Origin: an uncultured Acidobacteriota bacterium
Lineage (GTDB): Bacteria > Acidobacteriota > Thermoanaerobaculia > Gp7-AA8
Reading direction: 5' to 3'
NCBI GenBank assembly: GCA_963741955.1
Contig: CAVUKB010000005.1
Coordinates: forward strand, 1,248,001 to 1,312,000
Length of the DNA: 64,000 bases
Shown here piece by piece: positions 61,554-64,000 of the stretch. The notes beneath the pieces are model-generated. The model was not told where the DNA came from, did not search any database, and was given only the letters and a program-made list of their open reading frames with translations. The translations under genes and the position numbers were made by a program. Position 1 is the stretch's first letter, and each line of letters starts with the position of its first letter.

Positions 61554-61974
61554 CGCTCCGCCGCTCGATCCAGCTCGGGACCCGCCTATCGATCCCGGCG
61601 TTTGCGAGCCGATCGGCCTCCTTGTTCCCCGCCCGGAGTGTATGCCGAATGGAGAATGAACGGAAACCGGCCGCGAGTCGGGAGGCCTCCCGATGAAGAG
61701 GAATCAGGTTCGGATGGCGCACGCGGAAGGTGCCGAGCATCTGATTCACGAGCAATTGGGAGTCGGCGATCACTTCGAGATCGGTGACCCCTTCGTCGAG
61801 CGCGGCCGCCAGTGCCGCCAGAAGGCCTTTGTATTCGGCCACGTTGTTCGTCGTCACGCCGAGGAACCCGCCGATCTCGACAACGTCACCACCTTCGATC
61901 CGCAGAACGGCGCCGAAACCCGCGATCCCTGGATTCCCCCGGCAGGCCCCGTCGACCCATGCAGTGGCTTTCAG
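61543..61974 (-). CDS. rnhA: Ribonuclease HI
   Basis: DGACRGNPG, TNNVAEY, DSQL, NKEADRLAN. The start is uncertain (CTG 61974 or ATG 62010). Confidence 0.9.
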   Translation of the reverse strand: MKATAWVDGACRGNPGIAGFGAVLRIEGGDVVEIGGFLGVTTNNVAEYKGLLAALAAALDEGVTDLEVIADSQLLVNQMLGTFRVRHPNLIPLHREASRLAAGFRSFSIRHTLRAGNKEADRLANAGIDRRVPSWIERRSDVG

Positions 61975-62681
61975 GATGCAACCCGTTCCATGTAGATGAT
62001 GCGGCGGCATCCTTCGCAGAAGACGATCTCACCGCGGCGAAGCTGCTGCTGGGCCTGCGACCGGACCCGGAATCTGCAGACGCTGCACGCTCCTTCTGCC
62101 ACAGCCGCGACGGCGATTCCCTGCCGCTGCTTGAAAATCCGGTGAAACTCCGATCGAAGCCGGTCAGGAATCTGGGCTTCCACCTTCGCCGCCTTCTCTT
62201 CAATCGTCTGGATCTGCTGCCGAAGGTCACCGAGAGATCCCTGCCACTCCTGATACGCGGCCTCGAATCTTTGCTTGAGGTCTTCGTAACTTCCGCGGCG
62301 TTCCGCGAGGCCCGCCTCGATCTCCTCGATGTCGCTCATCTTCTTGAGCAGGGCTTCTTCCAGGCTCTTGACCTCTTTGCGGGCAGTATCAATCTCCTTC
62401 CAGGCCGCCGCGTACTGCTGCTGATTCTTCACCTGCATCAGCTGCCCTTCGTACTTCTTGAGTTTCTCCTGCGCGTCCTGAAGATCGGATTCGATCCCGC
62501 GACGCTCTTTGCCGAGCTCAGCGAGTTGCTCGTTCGCCTGCGCGATTGCGTCGTTTGCCTGCTGGTACTCTGCGTCGACGGCAGCGAAACCCTCGGGCTT
62601 GTTCTCCAGAGCCTGCTGCTTGTCCGCCAGTGACGACATGATCTCCTGCAACTCCCAGAGTTTGTCCAACACCTGACTCAA
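61971..62681 (-). CDS. Coiled-coil protein with C4-type zinc ribbon (CT398/zf-RING_7-like)
   Basis: Long coiled coil, then CSVC...CEGCRRII. The TTG at 62681 follows GGAGGAGG. Confidence 0.88.
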   Translation of the reverse strand: MSQVLDKLWELQEIMSSLADKQQALENKPEGFAAVDAEYQQANDAIAQANEQLAELGKERRGIESDLQDAQEKLKKYEGQLMQVKNQQQYAAAWKEIDTARKEVKSLEEALLKKMSDIEEIEAGLAERRGSYEDLKQRFEAAYQEWQGSLGDLRQQIQTIEEKAAKVEAQIPDRLRSEFHRIFKQRQGIAVAAVAEGACSVCRFRVRSQAQQQLRRGEIVFCEGCRRIIYMERVAS

Positions 62682-62710
62682 TGTCCTCCTCCATTTGAAC
62701 GAAAGGCAAC

Positions 62711-62742
62711 AAAAAAGGCGTTCCGTTTCCCGGAACGCCTTT
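62711..62742 (-). terminator. Intrinsic terminator downstream of the tRNA
   Basis: Minus strand AAAGGCGTTCCG-GGAAA-CGGAACGCCTTT-TTTGTT. Confidence 0.78.
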
Positions 62743-62862
62743 CTTCGGATTTCGAACCTCGGGCTCCGAGTGTGCAATGAGATTGACACTCGAAGCCGAA
62801 AACTCGAAAGATCACGATTCTCTGACCTCTATTCATCCTGATCACTTCTGGCTGATCACTTC

Positions 62863-62938
62863 TGGTGGGTCCACCAGGATTCGAACCTGGGACCTGCCGG
62901 TTATGAGCCGGTGGCTCTGACCGCTGAGCTATGGACCC
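62863..62938 (-). tRNA. tRNA with CAT anticodon, most likely tRNA-Ile2 (lysidine); elongator Met not excluded
   Basis: GGGTCCATAGCTCAGCGGTCAGAGCCACCGGCTCATAACCGGCAGGTCCCAGGTTCGAATCCTGGTGGACCCACCA; G1:C72 paired and no 3xG:C anticodon stem, so not the initiator. Confidence 0.9.
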
Positions 62939-62947
62939 GAGCGCGGG

Positions 62948-62956
62948 ATTGTAGCA
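62948..62956 (-). promoter_or_regulatory. Extended -10 promoter of the tRNA
   Basis: TGCTACAAT followed by GC-rich CCCGCGC, 9 nt upstream of tRNA base 1. Confidence 0.65.
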
Positions 62957-63015
62957 CACGGAAACCCGCCGACAGGGACGTTAACCAGAGGGGATGACCG
63001 GATATTCACAGACGG

Positions 63016-63041
63016 GAAGAGCCCGGTCTCCCGGGCTCTTC
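63016..63041 (-). terminator. Hairpin downstream of the LysM gene (probable terminator)
   Basis: GAAGAGCCCGG-TCTC-CCGGGCTCTTC, 11-bp perfect stem; weak U-tract. Confidence 0.55.
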
Positions 63042-63070
63042 GACGCTACGCCGGGGCGATGGAATTCGGG

Positions 63071-64000
63071 TCACTTCAGCTCGACCTGATCTCCAACCGC
63101 CATCGAATAGCGCATCCCGACGATCCGCGCCGTCGCAGTGTGCGGTTCCGCGGTGAGGATCGCCAGCTCACCCAGAACGAGACGGGGCGCGCCTGAAACG
63201 ACGTTCGGACGGTAGACGGTGAGGAAATCACCCGGCTCGACGAAATCGTCGCGCCCGAGATTGATCTCGACCAGAGATCCTTCACCGAGCGAGTATTGGT
63301 AATCCTTCGCGTTGACGATGAAGCCGCCCGTCTTTCCGCTCGGCGGGGTGCACGCATCAGCCATCGCCGAAAGCCTCGCCAGCGGGATCGGAAGCTCGGG
63401 GAGCGGCTTGATGCGATCGCCGATGTGGATGTCGGAGCATGACTGAGTGATGATCGCCGTTGCCGTGCCGCTGCTGTCCAGACAGAGAACCCGCACCTGC
63501 CCACGATAGTGGTACTGCCGACCGATCACTTCCTTCGTAACCGGGTGATGAACCACTTCGCCCGGCTCGACCACCATATAGGTCTGCCCGGCGACGATGT
63601 CCGTTCCGACATTTCCTTTGATGTAGATGATGTCGTCGGCCGCGACTCCGGTGTCGTTGGAGAGGCTCTCGGTCATGTATTTGGTCGCGGTGTCCTCGAA
63701 CGACACGACCCGGTTCGGGAGGGGCTCGTCGACCGCTCCGAGATAGCCGTAGCAATAGAGATCAGAATAGGAGCCGAGCGCCACTGGAGGGCTGGCAGCA
63801 GACATGGCAGCGCCGATCGGAGCGGCTTCCCCTCCCCCGGTTGCTGCTTCGGCAACGCCCGTTTCGGCCGGCACTTCTCCGGTCTGGGATTCGCCTTCGA
63901 TCAGGAGAGTATCGCCCGGATAGATCCAGTGCGCGTCCGTGATGTAGGTGTTGTGCTCCCAGAGCTGCGGCCAAAGGTAGCCGTTCCCGTAGTACTTCGC
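63071..64000 (-). CDS. LysM peptidoglycan-binding domain protein (5' truncated by the window edge)
   Basis: Frame is open to base 64000: AKYYGNGYLWPQLWEHNTYITDAHWIYPGDTL is a LysM C-terminal half, followed by two beta-rich domains. Confidence 0.85.
   Translation of the reverse strand, partial: AKYYGNGYLWPQLWEHNTYITDAHWIYPGDTLLIEGESQTGEVPAETGVAEAATGGGEAAPIGAAMSAASPPVALGSYSDLYCYGYLGAVDEPLPNRVVSFEDTATKYMTESLSNDTGVAADDIIYIKGNVGTDIVAGQTYMVVEPGEVVHHPVTKEVIGRQYHYRGQVRVLCLDSSGTATAIITQSCSDIHIGDRIKPLPELPIPLARLSAMADACTPPSGKTGGFIVNAKDYQYSLGEGSLVEINLGRDDFVEPGDFLTVYRPNVVSGAPRLVLGELAILTAEPHTATARIVGMRYSMAVGDQVELK

Noticed and set aside
62838-62865. attL/attR scar of an element integrated at the tRNA
   Set aside because: The duplication includes only the CCA of the tRNA, and no integrase or distant second copy is visible.

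Overview
A GC-rich bacterial chromosome segment. The 16S sequence and gene content suggest Acidobacteriota, probably Thermoanaerobaculia-like, judged by eye without a search. Most of the window is ordinary core content. It includes c-di-GMP and two-component signalling genes (GGDEF-EAL, a propeller sensor kinase, REC-PilZ, a tandem REC-HD-GYP) and pcnB, iscS, lepB, lspA, ispG, ribF, lptD and rfbA. Amino-acid and ketone-body catabolism is represented by pruA, lat, hutI, scoAB, a thiolase and an ADP-forming acyl-CoA ligase. There is a complete minus-strand rRNA operon (16S-tRNA-Ile-tRNA-Ala-23S-5S) with two clear sigma70 promoters, and a tRNA(CAT)/zinc-ribbon/rnhA/yggS/yggT/divIVA/hutI block. 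I found no CRISPR array, transposase, integrase or prophage. The standout is a ~9 kb locus (23132-32168) directly downstream of the rRNA operon. A fused phosphosulfolactate synthase-phosphatase (ComA-ComB) is co-operonic with a keto-sugar oxidoreductase/aminotransferase pair, an ATP-grasp ligase and a methyltransferase. Next to it lie a GT2, a flippase-like membrane protein and a GT-C transferase. My hypothesis is a pathway that builds a sulfonated (N-sulfolactyl) amino sugar and transfers it to the cell envelope through a lipid carrier. All calls come from motif recognition by eye; no searches were run.
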